DNA of 64,000 nt from Ancylonema sp. (GCA_050230475.1 JBFLGF010000066.1:1-64000), one strand, 5' to 3'. Numbered from the stretch's first letter, positions 50,901 to 64,000 are shown. A program made the numbers and translations. Notes: generated by a model not told the origin, from the letters alone.

Positions 50901-52875
50901 TTGTTCAATTGTTGGGTTAGGAAAAGTCGGTGCAAGTATTACTTGTTTGTTTCATCGTGGTGGTGTGGGCGTGCGTGCAAATTTTTTGTGTGGTCTCCTC
51001 CACAATCAATCGTCCCGTGCTTCACCCGTTCTCGATTGTTCGATAGTAGCGCATGCAATGTGCTGACCTTCCCAAGTTGGTCGCGTCGATGGGTGCTCTA
51101 GGTCCCATCATGTTCTCAATGCAATACATTGCATCCGCCACATCGTCCCCCCAAGGTTCGTACCCAAATCAGATGTTCCTACGCAAACATGTCACTTTTC
51201 TCGTTCCCCTCACTTCTCTCGACACCACCCGATAACTCTCACCAAGCGGTAAAACAGTAAAATGAGAGCTGCCATGCCAAATTAGATCACACGTGCGTGC
51301 ACCACCTTGCTCGTCTGTGTAGTGCCATCATACGGGGAACTTTCGTTGCCTGCGGGTGTGCTTGTTCGCTTGTAACGAGTTTGAGCACACAGCGGGTGTA
51401 CATGAAACGTCATTTGTCAAGTCAGTCGAGTGGCCGAACTAGAGTATTTGAAGCAACGATAGTCGGTGGATTGTCAAACTGATGGACGTCACCATGCGAT
51501 TGCTTTTCGGATGGTGGACCAACACTCCTAGTCTTCGACATATCCAACCACTTTTAGGATCTCTCAGACCAAGGTCGGTTTGGCCACATGTATCATCTGT
51601 ACCGCATTCGGGCGCTACTTGCGACCAAGTGAGCTCCACACACCTACGCACCTTACGCAGGATAAAGAGTCTCATGTGCCGAATTCGATCCTCACCATAA
51701 CCATGGCGTAATCGTTGTGTATTTAGAAGGTGGGTTCAAATGCTCATGCAAACATTGTGTGGCTCACATGCGCACCAATGCTAAGGTAGCGTACACCTAT
51801 AGCTTTCTGCCGGGCTTGGGCATACTTGCTATGAGTTTCATCATAGAGCAGCACGAATCCTCATGGACACCATCATATCTAGCCGCACTTGATGAGTCAT
51901 TGTCACACTTCTGTGCATGTCCATCTTGTTACTAGGCGGCACTCTTGTTTTATGAGTGACACGCATGTTTGTGAGGAATCCCATTCGTTGGTACACGCCG
52001 AGGCCACAATGTATTTGGATATTTCAGAGCAATGTTCAATGTTAAATACGTGCAATCTTTCCCCAAAGTTTGATGAGGTGTGGTCAATTTACCCCACCAC
52101 CCTCTAGCTACAAACAAATAACTCCCAAAGCTTCTAGGTTTTGGTCCCCCACCAGATCTCAGTCCCCCCATCACTTTCGTGTGAGACAACTCTCTTCCTC
52201 GGAGCTCCAACCAAAAAACCAAACACTAAAAACCAACCTTGCTCACCGGTATAGACGATGTCTTTGTAAGATGTGATGCCTGCCGCTCGCAACTATTTAG
52301 TTCGATTGGCGATGCGTTTTTCTAACACCACTGACATGACCCGAATCCTCCTAACTGCCTCCCCCTCCTCCTCCCGATTCTCTCTATGTAGGTCCTCCTC
52401 GGCCTCAACTATGCCTGCATCTCAGTACGGATTTTCCATTGGTCGCTAAAAAATCAATCTCACTGCCATGCCATCCTCTAATTTGAACCCAACACCTCGT
52501 ATTTCACTTCAACAATTTGGCGATTGCATTGAAGAATATAAAGAAATTCTCCACGCTCTCACTCGGAAGTGCGATGGTTTTCAAGCGCCGCCATGAACTT
52601 GGCTAGATCATCTTGAAAACGCCTCTGCTACGCCTCTACTACGCCTCTCTAAAACAATCAAAAAAAAATTGGCTCCTCCTCCACCGGCATCATTGGCACC
52701 GCCCTTCCTTGTTGTCCTGTATGCATCCATTGGTCCATTGCGTCACACGGACCATTCCTCAAGTCCCTCCTCCCGAATCGTGGATGGGGGTTTGGTAGGC
52801 GATGCAGCCAGCCCAGGAAAGCTCTAGCTCCTCCCTCTCGCATGGATTGTCTTTGCTTCCACACTAAGCACTAAC
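47928..52875 (+). pseudogene. Duplicate of 40737-45684 (AIR9 3' exons and intergenic DNA)
   Basis: Offset 7191; blunt junction gttcgtac|ggcgcag; the ORF track is identical between copies. Confidence 0.85.
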
Positions 52876-53320
52876 AAGATATGTCACGTTGTGGAGAACT
52901 AACTTTGGTAAAATGCAAATAAAAACAAGACCTTCAAGGAGACGAGCATATCTTCCGATTGTCTCTCCCTAAATTCAACCACGTTATCAAAACGATTTGT
53001 TTTCAAAATGAAGTTACAATGTCGCCAAAACGCAATGATTAAATTTGAGGTCTATTTGAATAAAGATCCACGCTACACAGGGGAGCGAGTAGGTGAGACC
53101 GTAGGATGTAAACATTGCAACACGGCCCCATATCGATATACATGTACATCTTGCGGGAATCAATAAGTAAAAACATAAGTGAAAGCACACTAGATCCTTG
53201 GGGGCAATTCTACGTCTAGATGCTAACCTCACAAGACATTGCGACCACAGCCGTGACCCAACCACCGACGAGATACTTGTGTCAATATCTAAAGTAAACT
53301 TTTTGTGGCCATTGGTGGCA

Positions 53321-56300
53321 TCAGATCGACTCTGAGGGGGGAGGGGGGGGCGACTTGTGCAGTCTGAGGAGAAGAGAGCTTGAAACCACCAAAATGGAGC
53401 TCGCAGCCATCATACCACCTAGAACAAAATCAGGCAACAAGCGTTACCACATCCCCGATCATCCATACCGACACTATGAAGTATGTAAAACGAGTTATGA
53501 AGTTATCCCAATACTTTTAACATCCCCACAACCTTCCCCAACCCCCCCCCCCACCCCTCCTCACCCGCTCCCTTGATATTAAGAGCCACTAGCAACCTGA
53601 CACCTGGCAACCTTCCAGCCCCACCCAGTCCACCCTCCTGCCAACGCGGGTGTGAGTGCCACGACATAGTTGGGCAGCAAAACCCCGGCTGCCACCGGGA
53701 TGGCGCAGCAGTTGTAGGCCAACGCCCATCCCAAGTTGTATCGGATTCGTTGGAGGGTGACGCGGGCCAAATCGATGGCTTCCACAAGCTGACAGAGGGA
53801 GGGGGGGGGTGTAGGGGTGAGTTGCGAGGAACTCAAATTATTTTGCTGGCGTTGCATCATTGGTCCGATAGAGGATCGTTTTTTTTGTATTATGCCAATG
53901 CTACCCTTATGAGCATATGGCACCTGTTGTTAAGCATATTAACATAAACGCAGTATGGCCGGGAGACCTTGACCTGGGGATGATGGAAAAAACCAAAGCA
54001 ACGTTAGGAGCTAACATCACTTTTTCCTCACTTATATTTCCGATCCGGTGATCCCAACAGAAAAAGTGAAATGAGATCCACATTCATTTGAACCGCCCCA
54101 CATCATCCTACTACGAACACTGGTTTTGGGTTTTCTTGCTTTCCCTCTCTCTGGAACCTGTGCAGGTTCTTGTTTTAGGGATGTTAGGCCCCTCTTGTCA
54201 CTGTTGTTGAGGGACCTCGTTTTAAGAAAACTGTATTTGGATGCAATCCCGGCAGACGGAATGATCGATGGATAGAACGTGATACACTCCACCTCTCTCT
54301 ATAAATATTCATGGATCATCGATTCTGGGCCGAACGGCACCTACATACTTGCATACCTACCCGTTCACGTTTCCAAAATACACACCCGAGTTCACATCTA
54401 CGAGTATGTGACGCATACAACATACAACCAAGGCAGAAACCGACCAGCTTGTCGGATTGGAACCTAGAAGCGCCAAAAACGCACCTGAGACAAACGGTTC
54501 CCTCGTAAAATAACGTCAGCCGCGTCAGAGGCAGCATCTGACGCACCCCCTCTAGGCAAGGCCACCCCCACATGTGCGGCAGCCATGGCTGGGGCATCGG
54601 TCACCCCATCCCCACCCTGCCCCCCCAACCTCAATCCAACTTACTCCTCTGGGGATGGAGTAAGAGCATCATCACAGCTATAACAAAAGACGACGTTATA
54701 CATGGTGTGAAAGAGATTTTCGGTTCAAATATCTGCAATCTCTCCAACATGTGGACGTAGACGTATTCGTCACATTTCACGGGGGAAAAAAACAAAATAA
54801 ACCCCGAAACCCACCATTGCCACGTAGCGTCCTCCTCTCCTCAATTCCTCCACCCTCTTTGACTTGTCCTCCGGCAGAAGTCTCCCCCACACCTTCTCGC
54901 CCCCTATACCCGCCAGCTCAGCAGCCACTCGTGCTGACTCGACTGTGTCCCCAGACAGAACCAGCGTGTCGATGCCCAGCTGGCGCAGCCTGCATCCCAC
55001 ACGTGCCAGGTGTCAGCTGCACCTTGCGCCTCACGCTCCTTCCAGCGCCACCTGTTGCTCACCGTTGGACGGTGTACAGTGCGTCAGAGCGAATCCGATC
55101 CTTCACGCAGATGGCACCCACCAGCCCCCTCCCCTCCTCGGCCACGAACAGAACCGTCTGCGCCTCACCCCCCTCCTCCCTCATCGCAGCCTCAAATTGC
55201 GTCACCTGGTGCTCTGTGGATGGACGCGCGCCAACTCCCTCACCATCCCCTTCTTGCCCCCCCCCCTGCACGAGCCGCCCAGATCATGTCGCAATCAGCG
55301 TGCGCCAGGTCAGCATTACCTCTCAATGCCACGTCAGCGGATATATTTACTGCCGCATCACCCTACATCGCTCGCCACCTGTCAGTCGGACAGAATCCCA
55401 CATCATCAGATCTTACCCGCGCAGTTGCCACGTCCGCAATGCCAGATCCACCGACCCGGATCGCCCACTCCATCTCACCCACAGCCACCTGGCGCCCCCC
55501 CACCCTCGCCACCACGCCCTTCCCTGGCACTGTCATGGCCCCCTGAATCTCTGCCACCTGGCACCCCTCCACCCTCGCCGCCGCAATGATTGCATCTGCT
55601 ATCGGGTGGCGGGCGGCCGTCTCCACTGCTGCCGCCAGACTCAGCACTTGCACCTCTGCCTCTGCCAGCTGTCGCCCCCCCCCTGCTACCACGTGGCCCT
55701 CTCCCATCCCCCCCCCATGCCACCACTGCAGTGACCGAGGGGCGCCCCTGTGTGAGCGTCCCTGTCTTATCCAGAACCACCGTGTCCACCCCAGCCAGTC
55801 GCTCCAGCGCATCCCCCCCCCTCAGCAGGAGGCCCCGGCTGGCTCCCATCGACGTACCAACCAGGACAGCTGTTGGCGTGGCGAGGCCCAGGGCACAGGG
55901 GCAGGCCACCACCTGGAGGAGGAGGGGAGGAGGGGCACACCCCAGAGATTTCGGGGTTCAGGATTTAGGGTTTCAGAGTTGACGTTCTAAGCTTTAGTGT
56001 CACAAGAGAATGGGAGAGTAAGAATGGGGTTCAGGGTTTCGGATTTGACATCTGCAGGGTCAGCATTGCGAGGGGTAGGGGGTTTGGGGTTTAAGGTTTA
56101 AGGGCAGAGCAGGTGGCACGCACCAGGACGTCGATGGCGAGTTTAAGGGAGAGCAGGAGGGGACTGCCCTCCTCCCCCGCCACCTCGCTCAGCAGCACAG
56201 AGGGGAAGGCAGCGGTCCCCACCGCCATCCTGCGCGGGGCCCACCACGGCGCATGAGAACGCGACACCTGGCACGTGTCACACATGCGTGGAAACGTGTG

Positions 56301-56759
56301 CGGTCGTACCAGAAGGCAAAAGTGGCGGCAGAAAGGCCCCTGATGGTGAGGCAGAACGGCCCCGCGATGGCGTCCGCCAATCTCTGCACAGGAGCCTCCC
56401 TCCCCTGCGCCTCCTCCACCATCGCAGTAATGGCAGAGACTGAGCAGTGGGCGCCTGTAGCAGTAGCACGGACACTGATAGGAGCCTCCTGTAGCAAACC
56501 CCCCCCCCCCCCGCCCTCTCAGTCCCTGCCTCCTCTGTCGGTCCCCCCCAAGGGTGCCAGCTGTCACGTACCCAGTTCACAGTGCCAGCCGCCACAGCAG
56601 ACTCCCCCCCCCCTTTCGGCACCAGACGGGCCTCCCCGGTGAGCATAGACTCGTCGACTGCACTGCAACCGGATTGGACCATGCCCTGCCAGAGGGGCTG
56701 GCACACGGCTTAGGCTGGGGGGGTGGGGGGGTAGGGTGATCAAGTGAATTGGGTGTTTT

Positions 56760-56797
<38 letters not shown>

Positions 56798-58828
56798 TTT
56801 TTTTATTTAAATGTGGGTTATCTTTTAACGCTCATCCAAGGTGGTTGTTTTTTTTGGGAGTTTTCTTTCCTGGGTCTCTCATTAATTTTTTTGGTACACG
56901 GTTTGTCGTTTTGGTTTCTCACATCGACGGGAATGGTTTCGCCCGGCAGCACCAAAACACAGTCCCCCTTCCGCACACTTGCTGTCGCTACATCCACGAA
57001 CGAGCTGGCGCTGAATGTGAGGGATGACGTGGCGTCTGCAGATGGGTCGCCTGACTCGCCTTCAACGAGAAGGTGACAGGTGGCAGGCAACAGAGACTAC
57101 ACACATACACACACACAGAAATATGAGAGGGGGGGAGAAGACTGTATCGCCAAAAAAACTGCTGGACGGGGGGTACAATTTTATTTTTTTTAATAATAAT
57201 ATCGGTTTTTGGGGGGTTTGGTGAACATTGGCGGGTTGGGTGAAGATTGAGTATCGGTTTCCACTATTGAGTGGGGGGATGCGCTTAATAATTAGAAAAG
57301 AAAGCGGTGGGGGATCAAATCTGGCCGCTACTCCACTCCTCCCACCCCCCCCACCCCTCCCCCCCGACTCGACTCACCAGAAGAGCTTGGAGGTCAGAGG
57401 AGGCTTGCGCTCGAGCAGAGGCCTCCAGGGACCTTCCCAGAAGGACGACCGCCAGCAGCATCACCTGGGGAGGAGGGGGGTAGGGGGAGGGAGGGTCAGG
57501 GAGGGTGCAGAGCGAGAGAGGAGGGAGGGGTAAGAGAGGAGGGAGGGGAGTACTGGTTCTTCGAAAAAGGTTGTGTCCCATCCCAGTCCAGGGTTGGCCA
57601 ACGCCACCTGGCGATACCACGAAAGGCCACCGAAACACGGACTGGAAAGGGTCAGAATTTTTGCCTGGGTTGATGGGATGTTGCCTAAAGTCATACCCCT
57701 GAGAAGTGATATGACCGAAAAAGGGTATGCCTGCTGTCTACACAGTTAGGTACCGAGTGTGTACAACTTGGGGGCTCATGAGTGGGTGATGTTTCAAGCA
57801 TTGAGCCAACCAGTCGTGAGTGCTTGACTGTATGGTGTATTAAAAGAAAGAATGATGGCTGGTAAGGCAGTGATTAAGCTTGATGGAAGGAAGGGGTTTT
57901 GAATTATCATTTGTGTAAATTGGGGGGAGGGGAAGAGGGAAAAAAAAAAAAAAAAAAAAAAAAAGAGGGCTCTCCCCGAGCTGATGGCAAATGAAGACCA
58001 CGCCCCCCACCCCACCAACGTATTCATATTCGGAGATCGTCTGCTGAGGGCTGCAAAGCCGTCTGTGACTAAACCTGAACCCCAAACCCCAAACTGATAA
58101 ATGTGAGAGAATGTGTGAAAACCTAATTTCATTTCAATACTGAAAAATATTTGGAGGGCGAAAAAATCCGATATGAATGATGACTAGCCGGGTCTATGCA
58201 TAGCATAACCCTAAAAAGGAGAAACCCTGAAGGAGCATTATCCGAAAAGAGCATAATGGCGCATACAGGTCACCTCTAGCGGGGCCGAGGAGAGCGGTCA
58301 GGGCTCTGCCTGCCTTCAACAGAGGGTTGCTCAGAAATCCTGTGGCTGGGCCTGCATCGATGAACAACGCCGAGCATAACCAACCAGACCCGTTCTGTGA
58401 TCATTCTGTTGAGATGTTTGAGATGAGATACCCCTATCCGGCCGGTGTGGGCTAAAAATATGACGATTAGGGTGCTCAGAATGAAGTCATGTGCCAGCCT
58501 TGGTCACGCATCATTCCCTTATATTTCTGCCAGCGGCAAAATGATTTTGCCACTTTTCCCTTCTCACCGTGCGCCATGCCATGCAGCCCTGCCATGTGGA
58601 ACATGTGGCCCACATGGCCGCCACAGCGAAGAGCGGCCCACAAACCAGCGACTGCCACCTGGACGCGGGTTTCTTGGAGTGCCACCTGGCGCCTGGTCAC
58701 CAATTCGGCCCTTCTCTCCGCAGCTGACGTGGCAAACAGGGAGGGGGTCAGTCCTGACTACAGACTTCAGACTTCGGCCCCAGGCTCAGAGGCTCAGAGG
58801 CTCAGAGGCTCAGAGGTGACAGGGGTCG

Positions 58829-58888
<60 letters not shown>

Positions 58889-59902
58889 GTCCTCCAGTCG
58901 CGTGGCAGCAATAAAACGACCTCTCCTCTCCCTACAGCTGTCCCTGTGAGTGTGGGTACGTCCATCTCACTGCCTGACTAAGCATGGAGGGAGAGGCAAT
59001 CGAGTCGTTCGAATTCTGAAACCTACGCGACTTGAGTCTTGCTTCTGACCACAAATTCTTTCAGTGTGCTTATCAAATATTGGTTTTTTTGTTTTTTTTT
59101 AAATAATAATAATAATGTAAATCGAGGAGGTAGCACAGCGATATGATTGTTTTCCATGCAGTTTGGAGTTTGGTAGAGAGGCCAGGCGAGGCGGGGATGA
59201 CGTGTCAGCCTCACCTTCAGAGTCAGCCTGCCCCAATTTACGGGCAGTGGATGGGAATCCTCGGTCCGTCAACATCTTGGCCAGCTCCTCCCCCTCAGCC
59301 TCCCCCCCCCCGTCCTCCAAGATGACCGCTGCTGTCTCTGTCACTAGATTCACAGAGGCTGTCTGCACTTGCGCGTGAGAGAGCAGCATCTTCTTTACAG
59401 ATGCTGCACAGCCCCCGCACATCATCTCCTGAACATCTAGTAGAAGCGCCTGAGGACGGTGAAAGCTGACGCCGTCCGTAAGACCTAACGTTTCGGCGCT
59501 TCTCTCGAACTGGCTGGTCGCCGGATCGGCCGCAGACGTCAAAGTAGCTGAAGGTGGCCCAATCCTGCGGCCCGGATTGTCTGCATCTGCGCGTAGAGGC
59601 GAAAATTTACACATCCTTCCAAACCCTGTGCCCCTAAACTGCTCTGAATTAGCTGCTGACACAGAAGTGGTCCTCTGAGGAGCAGCATTGCCCCTGACAG
59701 CGGCGAGACAACCCTGATGCGCACTGACGCCATACTTCACTTGAGTTCTGCACGCACTCGGCTTGTACGCAGCAGGTGATCCGTATGACAAAGACCTTCT
59801 TATTCTACGCCCTCTAGAGCCCTCTAGAGCGGGTACGGGTTCATCGAGTACGTTAAATATGCCTCCGGCAGAGTGCCGGATGGCCGTCGCAATGCTAAGC
59901 AT
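53321..59902 (-). CDS. HMA8: Chloroplast Cu-transporting P1B-ATPase, PAA2/HMA8 type, multi-exon, with apparent sequence defects
   Basis: Transit-peptide-like N-terminus; MMCGGC HMA domain, [70 protein letters not shown]. Stop at 53321-53323. Confidence 0.88.
58782..58886. repeat. (GGCTCAGA)4 followed by a (CT)n microsatellite in HMA8 intron 1
   Basis: Read directly. Confidence 0.85.
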
Positions 59903-61485
59903 CTACCCACTACCACTACCCGTCTTCCACGCGCATGCTTCTTTCTGACAATAGATTTACAGTGGCTTGATGCCACAGGTTGACGACGCTGCAGCTCACA
60001 CGTCAGCAGCAGTCTGGGGACTTCACCGTCAGCAAGAGATCTCGATGGGCCTGAAGCTGAGGTTGGCTGATAATGACGAGGTTCGGATGACGATCAACGC
60101 CACGGATGCAAAAATATGATGTGATTCGCTTGTGGCGCGTGGTTTTTCCTGCTCATCACATATCGTCCCCGTGATATGTATAACGAATATATTTTGTCTA
60201 GTACGATCGGCTCACATATTTGTCGTTTTTAGGATATGTAGTTTCTTTACAGGCATGTTCTTGTAATGAGATGGGGTTCCCGTCGTTTTTTCAATAATAA
60301 TATACAATTCGATAATATACACTTCCCCGATAATATAATAACGAAGTATATTCAAGTTATTGGCACACTCTTTACAGACGCATATCGCATTACTAGCACA
60401 GAAATGCCTAGAGCCGACATGCCCCTAACGGCCACGAGGCCTTTGTTTTAAACGCCGATCAACCGATAAGTCGAAGTAGCATTGAAAAAAATGTTCAGCG
60501 ACATGGTGGACGCCGTCCCCGAGCTCGAGGAGCAATAATCTAGAATCTCCACCTAACGAGCGCATTTGTCCTAAGGGCCCCTAGCAAACGTGCGTGTCAT
60601 GCGATGTGCATGTCACATACACGTTATCAACATCTTTGTCGTGTGCCTTATGGGCATCCCCGAAAATGTGCCTAAAAAGAGAATTGCAGTTGATGGTTTC
60701 GACGTGTCATGCCTCGAGCGACGTGATCTCTCTTCTTGTGGAAGCTCCGCCGTAGTTGCATAGACCGGCTAGATATGGATTTCAGACCGCAGTCTAAACT
60801 GGCAGACCGCGGCGTAAATTGGCAGACCACGCTCCATGCAGTCTAAAACGCAGTCTGCTAGGGATTAGACCTAGGTCTACATTTCCTTGGTTTATAAAAT
60901 GGTTTAAGGTCTGTGCTACTATGAGCTGCGTACGATTTTTGAGTGAGACCGACAGTTGAATGGACTAAAAGCCTCATCAACCATCCTTGTCTTGAGGGAA
61001 AGAGTGTGCGGCGTAGTCTATTGACGAAATCATGCTCTTTCATTACGATACATGAGGACAATATACAAAGCGCTTTTTAAATTACCCTCTTGTCAACATG
61101 CATTCACTCATATTATCATGGCCATTATTTAGGTGCAAGCGATGACAGGATATCACCTAACCTAAGGACAATTTGAGCGACACACTTAACATCCACATAA
61201 TTACAACCCAGTCGTGCAATCCCGACAGTGATGCATCAATCCATTCAGCAGAAGTTTTCGAACCAAATTTATATGCGATCCGAATTTGAGAATGTCTAAT
61301 TTTTGCCTCAACGTGCTCCATCTTTCATGATTACTTTACGTGCATGAGGATATCAAACGTCAACTCCCAAAAAGAAGTATAGGAGGGTAAGTTGCCCCAT
61401 GATTTACTTCCGTCATACATAGTCAACCGCAAAAACACAATGTTGTATACAAGTTAAAATTTTGCATTTTTCATTCCCTTGCATC

Positions 61486-63070
61486 CTATCTTGACTTGGG
61501 AGATTCAGCCCCTTGAAGAGGCGACACTTCAGAATTTGAAGCCACTCTATTCTCAAGTCTTCGCTGCATTCGCTGAATCGCCTCTCCAACCCCATCTCGG
61601 TCCTCCCGTCTGTCATCCACTGGACTTGTTGTAATCTCAACGGGTGGCATCAGCCGGAATAGGTTGGCTTGCAATAATCCTGTTCCAAAAAAGTGTACCA
61701 ACTGTCACTCAAGCCGACAAACATTCGAGGATAAACTTGGACACACGTGAACATTATTTAAAAGGTGGAGTTTTTAACTTTCTGACTCAATTGTGAGAGA
61801 CCCGGGTGAGAGACCCTTCATGATTGACAACAGCAGTTTGCAAACACAGGGGTAGGATGCAAACTTATCGATACCCTTGTTGGATGAGTAGAAGGAAACT
61901 CACCGAATGGCAAGGAGAGCACACCACCCACAACAGCCCCGAAGAGGGCGCCTTGTAACCTTTTCGGTACAGTCCCAGGTGCTGCAAGCACAACCTTAAG
62001 TTTAGTGACACAGATGTTTGATTTCGCAAACCATGTTATTCCAAAGTAACCACTCAAGACCTTGGCAATACTCGAGAAGGACTTGCGCAATTTTTCCTCC
62101 TAGTCGATTCTGCTTTCATGGTTTAGCCAGATACAACCTAGTAGGACCTACCTGCAAGTCCAAGGGCACTTGCAGAAATAGATCCAGCAGCCACGGTGTT
62201 CAGGGTATCTCTGGTCTCTCGCAACACTGAAAGCCCAAGCTGAACTCCTGAAAACAGACTTGTCAAGGCTCCCACTGCCATGCCCCCACGGACAGTTCCC
62301 TTGGATATCTGGACCAGTCGCCGCTCCATAGAGTGACGCTGGCGGGCTCTGCTGGTGCCTAAAAACTGGGTCTCTACGCTACTAGGCTCAAGGTGTGCGC
62401 CTAGTGGCGAGCTACCCCCTGGTGCAGTCCTCGGAGGGAGAAGGGCTTCCCGTTGACTCTGCACAGGTGATGTGGCAAAATCACCTTTATCGATGACTAG
62501 CCGCGTGTTAACATGTATAGGTCTACAAATGGAATTGGGGTATATCGGCTTGCCACCTCAATGAAGTAAGTGCCAAGTGAAATTTTGACGGCAGGAGTAG
62601 CACACCTTCGGCCACTGAATGACGAAATAACAACGTGCAGCTCAGATGATGCTTTGACCGTACGGGTGATGGAGAAGCTGCTTCTCTCAATCCGCCGTAC
62701 ATCATGCCCGCTAGTATTCCGATTGTTGTTGTAGTTCCCCACTCCTCAACCTCGACCGGAAGTCGTTGAGCCTGCAAGTCAGAAAATCTCCAGGCATTCA
62801 CTTCAGCGCCTTAAAACATCGAAGAACTATACCAGTATTTGTGTCCTTCACGGAATTTTGAACCAAACAGCGGTTGCGACACTACATAGTATTGCCGTTC
62901 TCCATATGCAGGCGTGGAATCCGTAGATCACACCTAAGACGATTTCCTGGCCCTGAATGCACGTATCCTGCTCTGGTCTCAAGAAGACGGCAATAATTGT
63001 TTGTTAGAATTGGGATAAATAATTGGAATACCTCTGGTCGAAATCCCTCGTCATCGCTTTGTGCTGCCAT
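61486..63070 (-). CDS. Tim17/Tim22/Tim23-family membrane protein (resembles Arabidopsis At5g63000); exons 63032-63070, 62664-62771, 62152-62458, 61904-61981, 61486-61679
   Basis: GMMYGGLREAAS, MERRLVQISKGTVRGG, RETRDTLNTVAAGS, GAVVGGVLSLPFG, GVGEAIQRM; all introns GT-AG with matching phases. Confidence 0.82.
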
Positions 63071-64000
63071 ACTTGTAAACGTTGATCAACAATTGCATTT
63101 GTTGCTCAGAGCCCACGGTCGTCTCGGATAGATGAATAAAATAACACTTGCAATTTTTACAGGGGACAGCGCACGTTGTCTTCACAACGAGCTCACCAGC
63201 TGCAGGACGGTGTACACAGCAGGTACAAATTATCGGGAAGGGGCAAGCGTTAGCGTTAGGTTAGCTTAACCTACGGCTAGGTATGTGTCACAAATTATAA
63301 CTAACAGAGCGCACTCCATAACCGGCTATTAGAATCGCAGGAGTTTTTCACAGCAAATTGGACAGTCTCCATCATACGAATTCTCAAAATTTGGGGCATC
63401 GATCGATCCAAGCAGTTGGGTTAAATATGCTAATATGCTAACTGATGTCAGATCGCAATTCAAGTTACGATCGTTTTGTCACTTCTCCGTCAAACGCGCA
63501 GTGTTTTGCCTACGTGGATTAAATATCGAGGAACCAATGAGGGATCGATGATATGGAATATAAAATTTGTACATTTGTATTTAAATTGGGATTTGTCAGC
63601 AGCACTCCACAGAACCAAGCACAAAATGAAATTTAATCCACGATCCTTCATATATCTTCCTGCAATTTTTTCTCCATCGCGCCCGCATTTTTTAGAAAGT
63701 AAAAATCAAATTCAATCAGATCATTGATTGGATTGGATAAATTACGCTTTCGCTTTCGCAAGGACGATGGAACGTCGGGACGGATCACGACTTTGGTGAC
63801 GTCCAACGTGACAATCGTCTGAAGTCCAGGAAGACGTCACTGGTGGCGTCCTGCTCGCGCGTGAGATCCCTTTCCGTGTCATCTCTGCCATTGTGTCCAT
63901 CCGCATTGCTGGTGGACACATTTCGTAATCACCTCTCAGGTCCCATCGAACGGAGCAAATAACATGAGCGTGAGTGCGCCCGGCACCCCCGAAAAGTCCC

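Noticed and set aside
3551..59902. Metal-homeostasis cluster (VIT + SBP factor + Cu ATPase)
   Set aside because: The genes are tens of kb apart among unrelated housekeeping genes, and the SBP first finger ends in His (VCEMH), not the SPL7-type Cys.

Overview
Eukaryotic nuclear DNA of a green plant-lineage organism, most likely a streptophyte alga. This is an inference from the SBP-box, AIR9, PAA2-type and ARP9 genes, the TTTAGGG repeats and the many short GC-rich GT-AG introns. Nine genes can be traced exon by exon: VIT/CCC1-like (+), ARP9 (-), ASNSD1-like (-), RPL36 (+), SBP-box TF (+), DTL/CDT2 (-), AIR9 (+), PAA2/HMA8-type Cu ATPase (-) and a Tim17/22/23-family gene (-). The SBP-box and DTL genes both break off at a single N (29229). 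Three tandem duplications are present. Two copy the shared promoter of a head-to-head gene pair, and one triplicates the last AIR9 exons; any of them could be an assembly overlap. There is also a probable solo LTR. The most unusual signals are a 12-bp palindrome family (TGMCASSTGKCA) dense in gene bodies, a compositional split between gene bodies and TE-like DNA suggesting separate CG and CWG methylation, G-rich intron 3' ends without polypyrimidine tracts, and a cluster of A>C/T>G anomalies plus a frameshift in HMA8. All gene calls come from manual recognition of motifs; no database search was run.
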